Of a stretch of DNA of 64,000 bases, positions 23,764 through 37,036 are shown piece by piece. The stretch is from contig LSRY02000019.1 in assembly GCA_001643675.2 (NCBI GenBank), positions 1,054,001 through 1,118,000 on the forward strand, in the 5' to 3' direction. The notes beneath the pieces were generated by a model that was given only the letters and a program-made list of their open reading frames with translations, searched no databases and was not told where the DNA came from. How positions within the stretch are numbered: position 1 is the stretch's first letter; every line of letters starts with the position of its first letter. Made by a program: the position numbers and the translations under genes. Origin of the DNA: Monocercomonoides exilis PA203. Its lineage: Eukaryota > Protista > Preaxostyla.

Positions 23764-25385
23764 ATGGCCAAACTATCAACAAGAAATCCAAATGATGTTT
23801 TTACAATAATTGAAACCATTGGAAAAGGGTTTGATAATATCAATTCATGCTATTGTTTGATTCATGCACGCAAACAAACTTTAAAGAACATATGGATCAA
23901 TTTACAAAGCTCAGGATAATGAAACAAAATCATTAGTTGCTTTAAAGAAATTGCAATTTGAAGACGAAGAGCAGTTGGAAACAATTTTAAATGAAATTGA
24001 AATTATGAGAGGATGCGCAAATGAGAGAATTGTTAAATACTATGAAACATTTAAAGAAAGCGACGATTGCATTTTGGTATGAACTTGTTTCATTTTTCGA
24101 TTTTTGAACTTTTTGTGTGAAGATTTCAATGGAATTGTGCGATGGTGGTTCTTTGTCAGATCACTATAAAGCAACACAAAAACCTCTTACAGAAGAAGAA
24201 TTGTCATTTGTTTTGAAGGAAACAATTCTTGGGCTGATGTTTCTTCAAAGCAAGAAAAAAATACACAGAGATATAAAGGCTGCTAATCTGTTGCTTACAT
24301 CGTCAGGAAGACTTAAAATAGGTTTGCTTCATTTGAAAATATACAAAGTATTTTTCAGCCTTTATTATTAGCTGATTTCGGAGTTGCAGCATCTTTGCAG
24401 AACACACTTGATAGAAGAAGAACTGCAATTGGATCACCCTATTGGATGGCACCCGAAGTTATAGAACAAGAGGAATATTCATTCTCTGCAGACATTTGGA
24501 GTTTGGGCATCACAGCTATTGAACTATTGAAAGGAAAGCCGCCTTTAAGTGAAATACACGCGTTTAGAGCATTGTTTCAAATACCAATAAGGCCTGCCCC
24601 ACAACTCGAAGATGATTTAGAGGCAGGCATTGTTTATTCGCCGGAGTTGCATGATTTTGTTCGGAAATGTCTGAAAAAGAACGAATCTGAGCGAGCAACT
24701 CTAACAGATTTATTGGAGGTAAGCAGCCAATGATTAAAAGGAGAATAGGCAATTTGGAAGTTATAGGAAAAAAAATTTATTTTTATTTGATTTCATAACT
24801 ATTTCCACATTTGCATTTGAAATGATGGAAAAAAAATTACATTTATTTTTCGGAATATTTGAAAACGAAAAAATTTTTTTATTTCTTTTTCTGTATTCAT
24901 TTAATGTTTGAAAATGTGTCATTATTATTATTATTATTATTATTTAACTATAGCATCCATTTATTCAACGAAGCGAAGGAAAACCAGATGATTATCTGAA
25001 ATGTCTTTTATTTAAACAAACTTCTTCATCTTCGTCAACTTCTACGAAGAGTTCGACAGCGGGTTCAACAGAGGATTCATCTTCTTCCTCTTCTTCTTCC
25101 TCTTCTTCTGTTTCTTCTGTTTCTTCTGCGTCACCATCTTCAGACACGTCATCAAACATTTCTTCATCTTCTTCATCTACTCCTGCTTCTAATCAATCAT
25201 CAGCACCTGCTCCTCAAAGGCGCCAGTTTAAAATTGAACAGCGTTACGTTCCTCGAACAAACTTAACAACAATAAAGGCCGCTGAAGAAGAGGCAGCAAA
25301 AGAAGAAGAAGCAAAAGAACAAAGTGATGAAGATGCGGACGAAGAAGATGATGAGGGATATGGAACATTGGTTTACAAGCAATGA
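23764..25385 (+). CDS. STE20-family (MST/Hippo-like) Ser/Thr protein kinase, five exons
   Basis: IGKG|TYG, VALKK, ISMELCDGGSL, IHRDIKAANLLL, |ADFGVA and TAIGSPYWMAPEVI, separated by GT-AG introns. The last exon is HPFI...GYGTLVYKQ-stop. Confidence 0.92.
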
Positions 25386-25767
25386 AAAACACTTCATTTA
25401 TTATTGGATATTTTTATTTTCATCCGACTTGTTTGCAATGGATATGGATTTTAAGCACTTTTATTTTCCAATAATTTTTAATAATTTTTTGTTATTTGAG
25501 AATATTGATCAATCCTGATCCCACTCTTTCTATTTTTGTAAATATTTGCTTGAAATATTATCAAAATAGAGAGTTGTGCACATTCTTTTTGCATGACAGA
25601 TAAACGTTACAATATGGCCAAATTAAATGGAGATAATTGTTTGGGAATTTTCAATATTTACACAATTAATTCATTAGTTAAATTTTTGTTTTATTTCTTG
25701 AAATAATCAATTTAAAGCCCGCAAATGTTCAACTTTTTTTCTGAGAATTGCATTTATATTAACGTTT

Positions 25768-28212
25768 ATGATCGTAACTGTTGGAATAAATTATTTTTCT
25801 AAACCGCAAACCGAACGGGCTATTCTTCTTCTCAGAGATAATATCCAATCAAGAAAATATCATTCCGCAACAACTAATTCGTCAATATCAAAAGTCCATC
25901 ATTACTTGGCTGAAGCAGACGATGATTCGAAAGATCTTGATACATGCATTATTCCTGAAGGAACTCCAGAAGAACAATGTGCTGCTGTCAAAAAAAATTG
26001 TTATTCATTTGATTCCATGGGCAAAGTCAAATATCTTCATTTACGATATTGTACCCTTCGTAATAATGTTCCGGCATTTGGGATAATTTCACTTTTAATG
26101 CTGATAGCTGTTTTATCAGTTCTTCTTGTTCTCTCTGACAGTTTTATCGTTCCGTCTCTTCTTCACATCAGTTCATTTTTAGGTATATCTGATGAATTAG
26201 CAGGTATTACTATTCTTGCAATTGGGAATGCTACTCCCGATCTGTTTTCTCAACTGGCAAGTGCCAACACAGGATCTTTTTCAATTGCATTAGGAGAATC
26301 AATGGGAAGCACATGTTATGTTGTATGTTTTGTGCTGTCGGTCTGCATCCTTATCCGCCCTGTGCCGAATGTACCCACTGGACTGATGTTCAAAGACCTG
26401 CCATTTTTCTTGGTGGTTCTGATTGAATACATCATGTTTGTCTTTTGCACGCGCTCAATGAACATCGAGTCAGCTATTGTCCTGATGATTATTTATGTTG
26501 TGTATCTAGTGGCATCACTGTACGTAAACAAAAACAAAAAAAGAATTGAAGCAGAGGTCGGAAATGAGACGGAGCAGTTGGAGGGCCAGTCTTCACAAGA
26601 GACAGGACAGATGGAAAAGAAAGAAAAAGAAGAAGAAAGAGCAAATTACACTGCAATTAACGACTCCACACCGCTGACCACTTCAGCAGCGACAGACGCT
26701 TCTTCCTCAAATCAGCCTTCAGACACGCCTTCGTTTATGCTTCCTCCGCCTGCTCCTGAAGGAGAAAGCGGCAAAGTTACATTCAAAATGTGGCTGAAAG
26801 ATTGGGTCATTTACATTGGGCAAGGAATATACGATGTTGCAAAGGGAAATATGACAAGAAGATCTTCTCCTGCTTATGCACTGGAGGAAGACCTGATTGT
26901 GCCTTCTGCCTCAGCCAAGGCAGCTGTTGCTGTTACAAAGCAAAGTTCTTCTTCAACCTCCTCTTCTTCTTCCTCTTCACCTTCACCTTCCGCATCCACC
27001 ACTTCCTCCTCGTCAATCATCCCTGCACCGTCTAAAGTGGCGCGAGTTCTGGTTCTGCTGAAATGCCCCGTGTGCTTCTTTTTGTGTCCGCTTATGCCTT
27101 CCGTCGGCGTCATGTCTCCTGGGCGTGTGGTTATGAACTGCATCATCATGCCCCTTTTCATCGCGCTTTTCTCGTTTGCACAGAAGAAGAACGTCACCAT
27201 AACGTTTCCGAATCCGATGGGCGGTGGTGGCAGCGGAGAGGATGAGGACGGATATGGTAATTCATCTCATTCATTCAAAATAACAGCGCCTCCGTTCATT
27301 GTGGCGCTTGCCATTGGCTGTGTGCTGCTTCCTGTGATGCTGCTGTTGAATCACTGGAAGAGGCAGTATCTGACTGAAGAGAAGAAAAGGCGCGAAAGAG
27401 AGGAAAAAGGAGAAGACCAATCAAACACAGGCTCTGATTCGCTTCACTCGCCATCTGAGGCGCTTTCCAATCAGAATGCCAACCATTTCAAGACAAAGAA
27501 TTCAATTGCTCAGCTGGTGTCTGCCATTTGGATGTTCCTGTTTGGTGTATATTTGGTGAATATCGTGTCGGCCGAGGTTGTTGCGCTGATCATCTCGTTT
27601 GCAGCCATTCTGAACATCAACTCCACATTCCTGGGCTCGACACTTCTTGTTTGGGGGTCGTCACTGGGTGATTTGGTGTCAGATGCAATTGTATGATTTT
27701 GAGGGTGGAATTTTATTTGAATTCTTTTTTTTTTTTTTTGATATTTTATTAATACGGTTCAATTTTTTTGTTAATTGTTTTTATTATAAAAATTTTTTAA
27801 ATTGATTTTTTGTTTTATCTATAAAATAACTTGTGTATATTTTTTTTCAAACTAATTATTTTATCTTATTTATTAATTCTATTTCATGGACAATTTCTAT
27901 TATCAGTGTTCCTTAAATGGCTTCCCAGCGCTTGCCATTGCAGCCTGCCTTTCATCGCCGCTGTTCCAGACGACGTTTGGCATGGCCATGTCGTACTTTA
28001 TCCATTCAATCATCACACACTCCGTTTCTCCGCTGCCCATCCCGTTCCACCCGCACTTCCCGTTCCTCATCTTGTGCCTGGGGGTTGTTGTGGTGGTTCT
28101 GTTTGTCTCTGCCGCGATACAAGGCAGAGTTGGGAGAGTCAGCGCAGTGGTGCTCATTGTGACGTACGTGCTGACTGTGTTTATTTCAGTGGGCGTGCAG
28201 ATGAAGGAATGA
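25768..28212 (+). CDS. Cation/Ca2+ exchanger, CCX (NCKX6/NCLX-like) family; one intron about 27690-27907
   Basis: Alpha-1 repeat AGITILAIGNATPDLFS, alpha-2 repeat LGSTLLVWGSSLGDLVSD, N-terminal YLHLRYC, last exon GFPALAIAACLSSPLF, and many TM segments. Confidence 0.9.
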
Positions 28213-28759
28213 AGGCTGAAATAGGAAAAAAAAACGCTTATTTCTCTTTCCTCTTCTGTTCTTTTTCTTTTTCTTTTCTTTTTTACATGTATTTTGAAAT
28301 TAGATACGACATATTTATTGTTTCAAATCAACAGTACAAGTCTTTCTTTCTTTTCTTTTTTTGACTTTCTTTATTTAGCTGTTTTTTATGAATATTTATA
28401 ATTTTTAAAAATGGAAATAAAATAAATGAAAATGCTTTCTTCTTTCTATTTTGTTTTAAAAGCCGTTTAAAGAAACTTAAAACGAGAAGCACAAAACAAA
28501 AGAAAATATCATCTTTTCTTTTTAAAAAAAATGAAGTCAAACAAGAAGCATAACATTTACCATCGAATCATTCCATCGTATTGAAAATACAGAGAAATCT
28601 CTTCAAGCAAAAATAATTAAATATATAAAAAATAACTATAAAACAAAAAAGAAATATGATAAGCTGTTCCCAAAATTATTCAAACCAATGATTATACATT
28701 AAACATGTCTCAAAATAATCACAAATTTACAGATAACACAACGAATTCACACACAAGCT

Positions 28760-29577
28760 TCAATCCTTTGTAGAAGCATTAAACGGATAGTTGCTCTCAT
28801 TGTCTGCCTTTGATACATCTGCAGAAAAAGAACCAACAGGAGGAGTGAAATTACTTTCTTTGCATCCTTCTTGAACGGAAACAGAAACACTAGCATCGCC
28901 CACAGATTCCAGAGGAGCAGCTCGATATGCAAGTGCCTGAGATGATATGTTATCTGATTGTTGCACGTATGGAAGTGTTTCAGAAGGTTGAACGGAATCC
29001 TCCGTTGGCTGAATCAATGATAAACTCAATTGTTGTTTTGCAAAAAGCTTTCTACGCCTTTCTTGACAAATTTTTGCAATTTCTTTCACATCATAATTAG
29101 CATCTTTAACAAAACTCGGGATCAAACAAAAATCCAATAGGGATCCTAATCCACAACATCCCCATGTGAAAAAACACAGAAATGCACAACCATTTTGCCC
29201 AACATACCACCGCTGCAATCCAGCAAATCCTAAGAAACATAAACACCATAAACAATACGCAAATCCGGTATTAAAAAACACATTTCCATGTGCTGGAAGC
29301 CCTTTAAAGAGCGTTGATTGCAAATATGGAGGCCTATAAAAAAATAATAAATAAAAAATAAATAAAATAACACATTGCAATACCATTCTGCTCCTTCGTA
29401 TGTTGCAGGGTCATAATAGTCGGGTTCTTCAGATAACAAAATAGCAGCATATAGTTGTTCATTTGTCACAGGTTGCCCAGGAACTTCAATTGTATTCAAA
29501 CTGGTATTTTGTTGATTTATTTTGGATGCGTTCAGTTTACCATCTGTAGAACACAAAACATTTTCATGTGTTTGCAT
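28760..29577 (-). CDS. TM2-domain protein; one intron
   Basis: AYCLWCLCFLGFAGLQRWYVGQ...FTWGCCGLGSLLDFCLIP is a TM2 signature. An intron in the Trp codon of GAEW joins the two ORFs. Confidence 0.88.
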
Positions 29578-29687
29578 AACCGAAAAATTCAGATATAAAG
29601 AATAGAAGTCTTTATAAAGAGTTGATCAAAAATTAGTTAACAGTTTATACATTTATCGATCAGATTTGATTGGGATTATTGAATTCA

Positions 29688-30225
29688 ATGGCCCAACAGT
29701 ATCAGACAACCGCATACCCTGGGCAACCTCAGCTTATGGGTGGACAGACTTCTCTGAACCTTACTGATCCTCGGACATTCCAAGACGTTGTTTGGTTTGA
29801 AAACTTTTGATTTTTTACAATTTTAATATTTTTAAAATTGGATTTTCAGGTCTCATTCAATAGCAGCAACTGTAAAAATGGGAGTACCAGCATGGGGTAG
29901 TGGGCAATTTAGTTCCTCTACAGCATGCCTTGCGTGGGCTGCATGTTTTCTTGGCTTTGCTGGGATGCACAGAGTTTATCTTGGAGATACAATGATGGGG
30001 ATTGTATATTGTTTAACAGGTGGTCTGTGTGGAGTTGGGCAACTTATTGATGGGTGCTCACTAAGTCAAACTGTTGAATCTAGAAACGCAGAAATAAGGT
30101 CTGTTGCACAAGAAAGGGCTAATTTTCTTGCTCAGCAATCTGCAGCAGTTGCATACCAAATTGGACAACCAGTGACTATGCCTCAGAGCGGGTATCAAAC
30201 AGGTGCAGCTTATGGACAACCTTAA
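29688..30225 (+). CDS. TM2-domain protein; one intron
   Basis: CFLGFAGMHRVYLGD...LTGGLCGVGQLID. The first exon starts at ATG 29688 (MAQQYQTTAYPGQP...DVVW). Confidence 0.88.
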
Positions 30226-30583
30226 TCTGAACTTGACCTTCTTTTGAAAGTCTAATCATCTCAGCTGATTTCATTTCATGTTGCAATCACATTATGACAT
30301 ATTTTTAAATGCCAATATTTTTTTTAAATTGTTTTATCCCAAGTTGAATGCTATTTTTTATTCCTTTTGCTATTCTTTTTTTGCAACATGGTATTTAAAA
30401 TTAAACTTTTAATTCAAAGCGAGTGTTACAAAAGTGTATATTTTTTTGAAATTTGCGTTTATTTGTCACATTTACTGAACTATTTATTTGTTAATAGAAA
30501 TAATTGAGAAAAAAATTGAACATGAAATTGATACACTTTTCTTTTTGAATGATCAGAAGAAACCACAGAACGAATTCATCGGG

Positions 30584-33334
30584 ATGAAAACAGAAGAAGA
30601 AAAACCTCTTTTAAATCGTGCAGAAAGAAAAGGTGCACCAGCTGCATATAGATGGGTTACTTTGTTGTTTACGAGTCTTTTGGCGTTTGGAGGGTTTGGA
30701 TACAAGGATATTTAACTTGTTCATTTGTCAATTTTTAATTATATATTTTTCGTTTGGCTTACACAATTATAATCTTATAAACAATAAAAAGATATTTCGT
30801 TTATGATATGCTTCCAACAATGCAAGTTGAACTTTCTGCGGCTTTGGATATTAATGGTAATTAATTGAATATTTATCTCTTTTTTGATTTTTATTTTAAT
30901 ATTTTTGAAAATTAAGCTGTCCAATACAACATTTTTTATACGGTTTATAGCCTAACAAATTGCGTCTGTGTATGCAAAATGCTATTTTTTTAAAAGAAAT
31001 ATTACTATTTCAATTGTAATTTTATTTTGAAGTGTTTGTTTGGTGGACCTCTTGTAGATAGAACTACAAACAGACTTGGAGCTATTTTGTTTCAATCACT
31101 TGTGGTCATTGGACAGGGAGTTCTTTCTTTAGGAGCACATTTTAGACAATATTGGCTTATGATACTTGTTTGTATTTATTATTTCTGTTGTATTTATTAT
31201 TAATAAATGAAATAATTAATAACAGGGAAGAGTATTTTTAGGAATGGGGCTTGGAAATACAACAGTTGTCAAAAATTCAATTCTTAATAGTTTGTTTTCT
31301 TTAAACTGAGCTACAAAATTCAATCACAAACATTTTCGCTAATTTGTCCACGCCTTATTAATTGATTGACTATTCTCTTTGTCAATTTATCGACCAATCA
31401 TTTTTAACTCAAACGTTTATATATTTGAAATTTAGTGTTTTTTACTGGAAAAGAATTGGCATTGGCCTTTGGAATTACAATCACATTTGCTCGTATTGGT
31501 AGTGTAATGAACTTTTTCATCTCACCAACCATGGTAGCTTCATTCGGCTTTGAAATAGCTTTGTGGATCGGTTTGTATATTTATTAATATTTTTTTTTTT
31601 CTCGTTTAAAATACTTTTCAATGTGTTGGATATTTTCTCTTTTTTGTTTTTTTTATTTTAATTTTCTTTCCAACTTGTGTCTATTTTTTCTAATTTTGAA
31701 ACTAACTATTTCATAAATTAATGGATTATTTAATTTTTTTTTCCACCCGTCTTCGATTATGCAACTTCTATTTTGAAGGGTTTGGAACGTGCGTATTTTC
31801 GCTTGTATGCGCGTTTGTGTATACTGGGCTGGAGATATTTGCGGAAAAGAAAAAATGGGTTAGGACTGGAAAGAACAAGAAGAATAAGTTTAAGCTTAAG
31901 GACATCACAAAATTCCCTGTTTGCTCATTTTTGATTTTCTTTCATTTTTTTTAAAAATAAAACTGGTGTAATGTTAATTTTTTTATTATCAAACCAAAAT
32001 TACTGTTATGTCTCAAACATAAATTCTTTTTGGATGATTTTTGTTATCCTTTTTTTTTTGATTATTTATGACATGTTGTGTTATTTTTCATAGCTTTCAT
32101 TCTGGATGATGTCGTGTGTGTGCGGACTGTATCATGCGAATATCTATGCCATGTACGCTGTGATGGTTGATCTTATTGAAACTCGTATGCTCACATTTTC
32201 TCACAATTATTAACTTTTTTACGGAATATCTTTTTTTTCTTAAATGTTTCTTTTCATTCGTTTCATTTGTAATGCTTCTTTTTCTTTCTTTCTTTTTTAT
32301 TATCATTCATCCGCTATTGGTTCATTTCCGAATTCTCATTCATAATTTCTTGTTTTTATTTCTATTCGATGTGATGATGATGCGATTAACTCAAAAGTGT
32401 TCAATTACTCCACTTTTATGTCCGGGGTGCTTGCTTCTGTCATCTACATGGTTTCTATTCCAGGCTCCATCATCGTCGGCTTCCTTGTGGACAAAATTGG
32501 CAAGCGTTGCTACTTGTCAATGCTGGCCTGTATCTTTGCAGTGGCCTTTGATTTGGTCAGCTGCTGGACAAATTGGGTATGTTTTTTTTTAAAAAAAAAA
32601 ACAAAAGTGGAAGTTTTATTTTGTCTGAGAATGAAAGCAATGTTGTTGAAAAAGATCATGTTTTGTTGTGAATCTTAAAGCTTCAACGAATTATGTGAAT
32701 GCGTATTGATATATTTAAATGTTGCTATTCTTGCTATGATCATTTGCTTATTCTTTCCTCGTTTTCATGACTTTGTATATTTTTATTATAATCATTATGA
32801 CTTCTTCTGCTAGAATCCAATTCCTTGGCTGGTTGTTGCTGGACTGTCTTATTCCATTGTGGCATCTGTTGTCTGGACATCTGTGTCTGTGCTTGTCGAT
32901 CTCAATGCACAGGGAACTGGAAACTCCATCATGACTTGCATTCAGGTATTGCTTATATCTTCCTCTCTCTTTTTGACTTTTAATGCTTTTTTTTTGACTT
33001 TGAATGTTATTTATATGTTGTTTATTTATTTATATGTCAATATATTTATAATTCACTCTTTTTTTAAATTTTTCCTTTTGTAATGAAAATGTAGATGGTG
33101 TTTGTAGCCACAGCCAATCTTCTTGTTGGTGTGATCACAAATTCCATGGGATACAAGCCGACCATAGCTTTCCTGTTTATATGCTCCTGCGTGGCGCTTT
33201 TGTTCCTTTTTGGTGTGAAAGTGTACGAAGTGAAGAAGAACAACGACAGATTGGACTGGTTCACACCTTCAAAGCAGGCGAAAGTGGATGCCTCGAAGAA
33301 CATCAGAAGAGAGGATTCGTTCTACATTCAGTGA
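30584..33334 (+). CDS. MFS transporter, MFSD1-like, many short exons
   Basis: RWVTLLFTSLLAFGG|YFVYD, QYNIFYTVYS, FGGPLVDR, FTGKELALAFGITITFARIGSVMNF and GFLVDKIGKR. The N-terminal EEEKPLL is a dileucine-type sorting motif. Confidence 0.85.
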
Positions 33335-35004
33335 GAATAAGAGGGGGAGGAGGTGAGGAGAGAAGGTTGGGAAGAAGAGAAGGGAGGAGAAAGAGAAGAG
33401 AAGAGAGAGAGAGAAGGTGGAGAAGGGTTTTAATAGAAGAAATTAAAGGATGAATATTTTCATAAAAAGCATTAGAAAGAAAAACGAGAGTTAACACGCC
33501 ATTTTAGTACGAGGGGAAAAAGTTACATAAGATTTGTTTATCTTCTTTTGTAGCGATTGGGCCATCAAACTGTTTCTGAAGTTTTTATTTTGCCTTTTTG
33601 TTTTTTATCACTTTCTTTTTTAAAAAAGAAAAGCAATAAATGAGTTATTTTATTTTTTTCATCTTTTCGTCTCCTTTCTATTTCTCTTCTTCTTCTCTGA
33701 CAATCCTTTCTTTCTTTCTTTCTTTTTGTTTTTATTTCTCACTCTCTCTTATTGATTTATTAACTATATTTTATAAACTGAATTAATACAATCAAATATC
33801 GTCTTTTTCTGGAATATTTTTTTTTCCTATCTTTTCTGCAACATCTAACAATCGAGTGCTATTTTGCTGTTAATAATTCTTCAGTAATCACCGCTTTCTT
33901 TATAAGCTTCTTATTGTCAATGTTGTTTTTGATATCTTATTTTGTTTTTGCACTTCTTTGACAGAGTCATAATCTTACTATTAAATTTCTTAACAGTTCT
34001 TTTTTATTTTTTTTTTTTAATAGAAAATTCATTAAAGTGTCAATAAATCTTGGTGGCTTTTTTTTTTTCTTCTCTGCTTTTTATCCATACGTTCATTCAA
34101 AACATTTCCTTCTTTTTTAATTGTTCTTATTGATAAAGGCACCTTTCTTCTTAATGTTGCTTTAACATTGCTTTCTTTTGAGAGGATTAGCACTTCATCT
34201 TCACACTTTTGACTTTTCACTTGTTTCAAACAAAACAGTCGAAAAGAAATTATTTCGAAGAATGTTAGAGCATTGAAACTACTCAAAAAAAGTAGATTAT
34301 TCTTTCATTTTTACAATTTTATGAAAAAAAAAATTAAAAAGACAGAGAAAGAGAGAAAGGAAAGAAAAAAGGAAAAAAAGAAAAATACTGAGGATAGAAA
34401 CAATGAGGAAAACTGTACGCTGCTTATTATTTTGATTCTCTTTTTGCAAAAATTCTTGATATTCAAGATAAGGGCTTGCATATTAAAGTTCATGAAGAAA
34501 AAGCGCAAAATTTTTTATCGACGGTTAATGCATAGAATACCTTTTCAGTTATATTTTAATAAAAAGTTAAAAAAAGAATACTGTTTCTCAAACAACTGTT
34601 TGAACTTTCACCAGCAGTATGCCAGTTATATTGATTTATCAAAAGGAAATTTAAAAAAAAAGCGAGTTTAACAAAACAACACACAAATAATATTAAAATT
34701 TTAATGGATAAATAAGCAACGCAAATGCAAATTAATAAATAGGAAATTTTTGATTAAAAAATTAAGCAATTACTAGAATTTTGTAGAAATGACATGCATT
34801 GAATCTCAAAACCCTTTTTCTAAACAAGGAATTTTTACAATAGAAAATAAAAGTTATATATATATTTTTTGGAAGCTCATAAAACATAAGACTTCGTTTG
34901 CAAATAACCTCTTTGCCTGGAAACAATATCAACATAGACTTTATCAACTCTCTTCCTTCACTTTTGCCTTCATCTCTCCTCTTTCAATATAATCCTTCTA
35001 TTCT

Positions 35005-36845
35005 TCACTCCAACATTCGCTCCCTGTCATATTCCCCGCTTATCATACCACCAGTCGGAAGAGGAGGAGGCCCTGTTGGCGGCATTGGAGTTCCTCCAAT
35101 AGCAGTTGGCAGGGCAGGCATCTCCTTCCCGTCTCCTTCACCTCCAATCGGCACAGCAGGAGGAGCCGTCGCATTTGCAAGCGGCCCAGCAGCTGCCGCT
35201 GGAGCTGACGTGGCATAAGGAGGAGAAAAGCCAGCAGGGGCGCGAGGATCCTGCGGTGGCATTCCAGTTGGAGGAAGAGGAGGAGTAGTAGTAGCAGTAC
35301 CCATTGGAGGGCAGCTCTGTGGAGGATAGCCAGCTGGCGGCTGTGAGGGATATGCCTGTCCCACAGAAGGTATCGGAGCACCCGAATACGCAGGCTGAGC
35401 AGGGGGTCCGTAGCCAGGAGCAGCAGGCTGCATGCCCGGGCCCTGTGGCGGATAGCCAGAAGGAGGGTAGCCGCCAGCAGGAGAAGGAGGGTAGCCAGCA
35501 GGCGAAGGAGGATAGGCTGAAGGATGATATCCAGGCATGGGGGGAACAGGCTGCTGAGGGTATATGGGCACTCCTGGCCCGGGAACCGGCTGGGGATAAA
35601 CTCCGGGCGCCGGAGCAGGATAAGCAGTGGGGAAGGCAGCAGGAGGAGGGCCTGGGAGGTAGATGGATGGGACTGGAGGAGAACGATATGGGCCGAAGAT
35701 TGAATGGACGAAGTTAAAGTCTAACGGTGCGGAGAAGACTGGATCGTAGACGTCTTCGAGGATGAGCACGTGAGCACCTGAGAAAATGTCGTAGAATGTG
35801 GCTGCAATCAAAAAATCTGAAAGAAGAAGGAATATGCAAGTTGTTAGAATTGGTTAGTAATGCAATTATTTCACAGGTAGTTTTATTTAAAAACAAATTG
35901 CATATTTTAATATTGGGGAGGGGGGATAATAAATAAATAGATAAATCATTAAATAAATTTATTAATAAATAAAAATTAAAAGAAAATAAAAATTAAAAAA
36001 TAATAATTTAAATAACAAAAATAAAGTTTTTCGAATGAATAGTTTCAAAACCTTGAAATCCTCTCAAGCGCTCCATGATGCGCACAAGTTGCCTTCTTCC
36101 CCATGGAACAGCAATAGTTATAGGTTCCCTTCTAACTAAAATATTAATTAATTAGAATAAATATAAAAATAAAAAGCGTTCGAAATTGCAAGCATACTAT
36201 CCGTATATCTATCGGAAATATGAAATCTGCTTGTTGTTTCAAATTGTTCTCCTGGCTTATAATGAACGATTGAGCTAAAACGTCCTTCCAAAATGATTTG
36301 TTTTCCCTAATATTTCAAAGAAAAAAATAAAGCTCTTTCATTAACATAAAAAATATCATGCGAACCTTCCAATACCGATCAAAGCTTCCATTTGCCGAAT
36401 GACGTGAAGATGAACCAAACAGAAAAAGAAATTGTTCGTATGTAAGTGAATAATCAGGAGGAAATTCCGGAGTGCTTGGAACATATTGCAATACGTGGTT
36501 TTTAATTCCTCCAAGTTTCATGAGTCTTGCACGAAATCTGATTTCTTTTCTCAGAGCAAAAACTGGTGATGATATAGGATTTTGAGAAGGGTCAAAATTG
36601 ACCGTAACTTCAGAATTTGTAAAAGTAGCTTCGGACGGATTCATAAGCATCTTACAATAATTTGTTGCAAGGTCCGTAACTATACCTTGCCATTCGACAA
36701 TTCTGCCTTTGTAGTATTTCTCAAAAATATCTTCGAGCTCGTTTTCATGATTAAGAGAGCATTGTTTAATGTATTCGGTCCAACAAATTGCCGCTGGAGG
36801 TGGAAAAGGATATTGATATTTTGGATATGGGCAATCGTTTCCCAT
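35005..36845 (-). CDS. Four-exon protein with two tandem OB-fold-like repeats and a Pro/Gly/Tyr-rich tail; paralog of 5152-7471
   Basis: WTEYIKQCS...YYKGRIVEWQGIVTD and YEQFLFLFG...YWK|GKQIILEGRF align with the 5152 gene. GT-AG introns; YPP-rich C-terminus. Confidence 0.7.
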
Positions 36846-37036
36846 GATGCAAGAGCTTTTGGCGAAATATTTTCATTCCCATTATATTGATGTGGAAATT
36901 TCTTCAAAAGCTGGTTGTTTGAAATTCGAATTTATTAGATCTCATTCAAAAAACAAGATAATTTCCTATCGATATAAAGATTTTTTCAATTTAATATCCG
37001 ATTTTGGACATTAGATCAATCAGAACAAAATTTGAG

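Noticed and set aside
33500-35000. Lys- or Phe-rich ORFs between the convergent MFS and OB-like genes
   Set aside because: Products of poly-A/poly-T tracts in probable 3' UTR or intergenic DNA.
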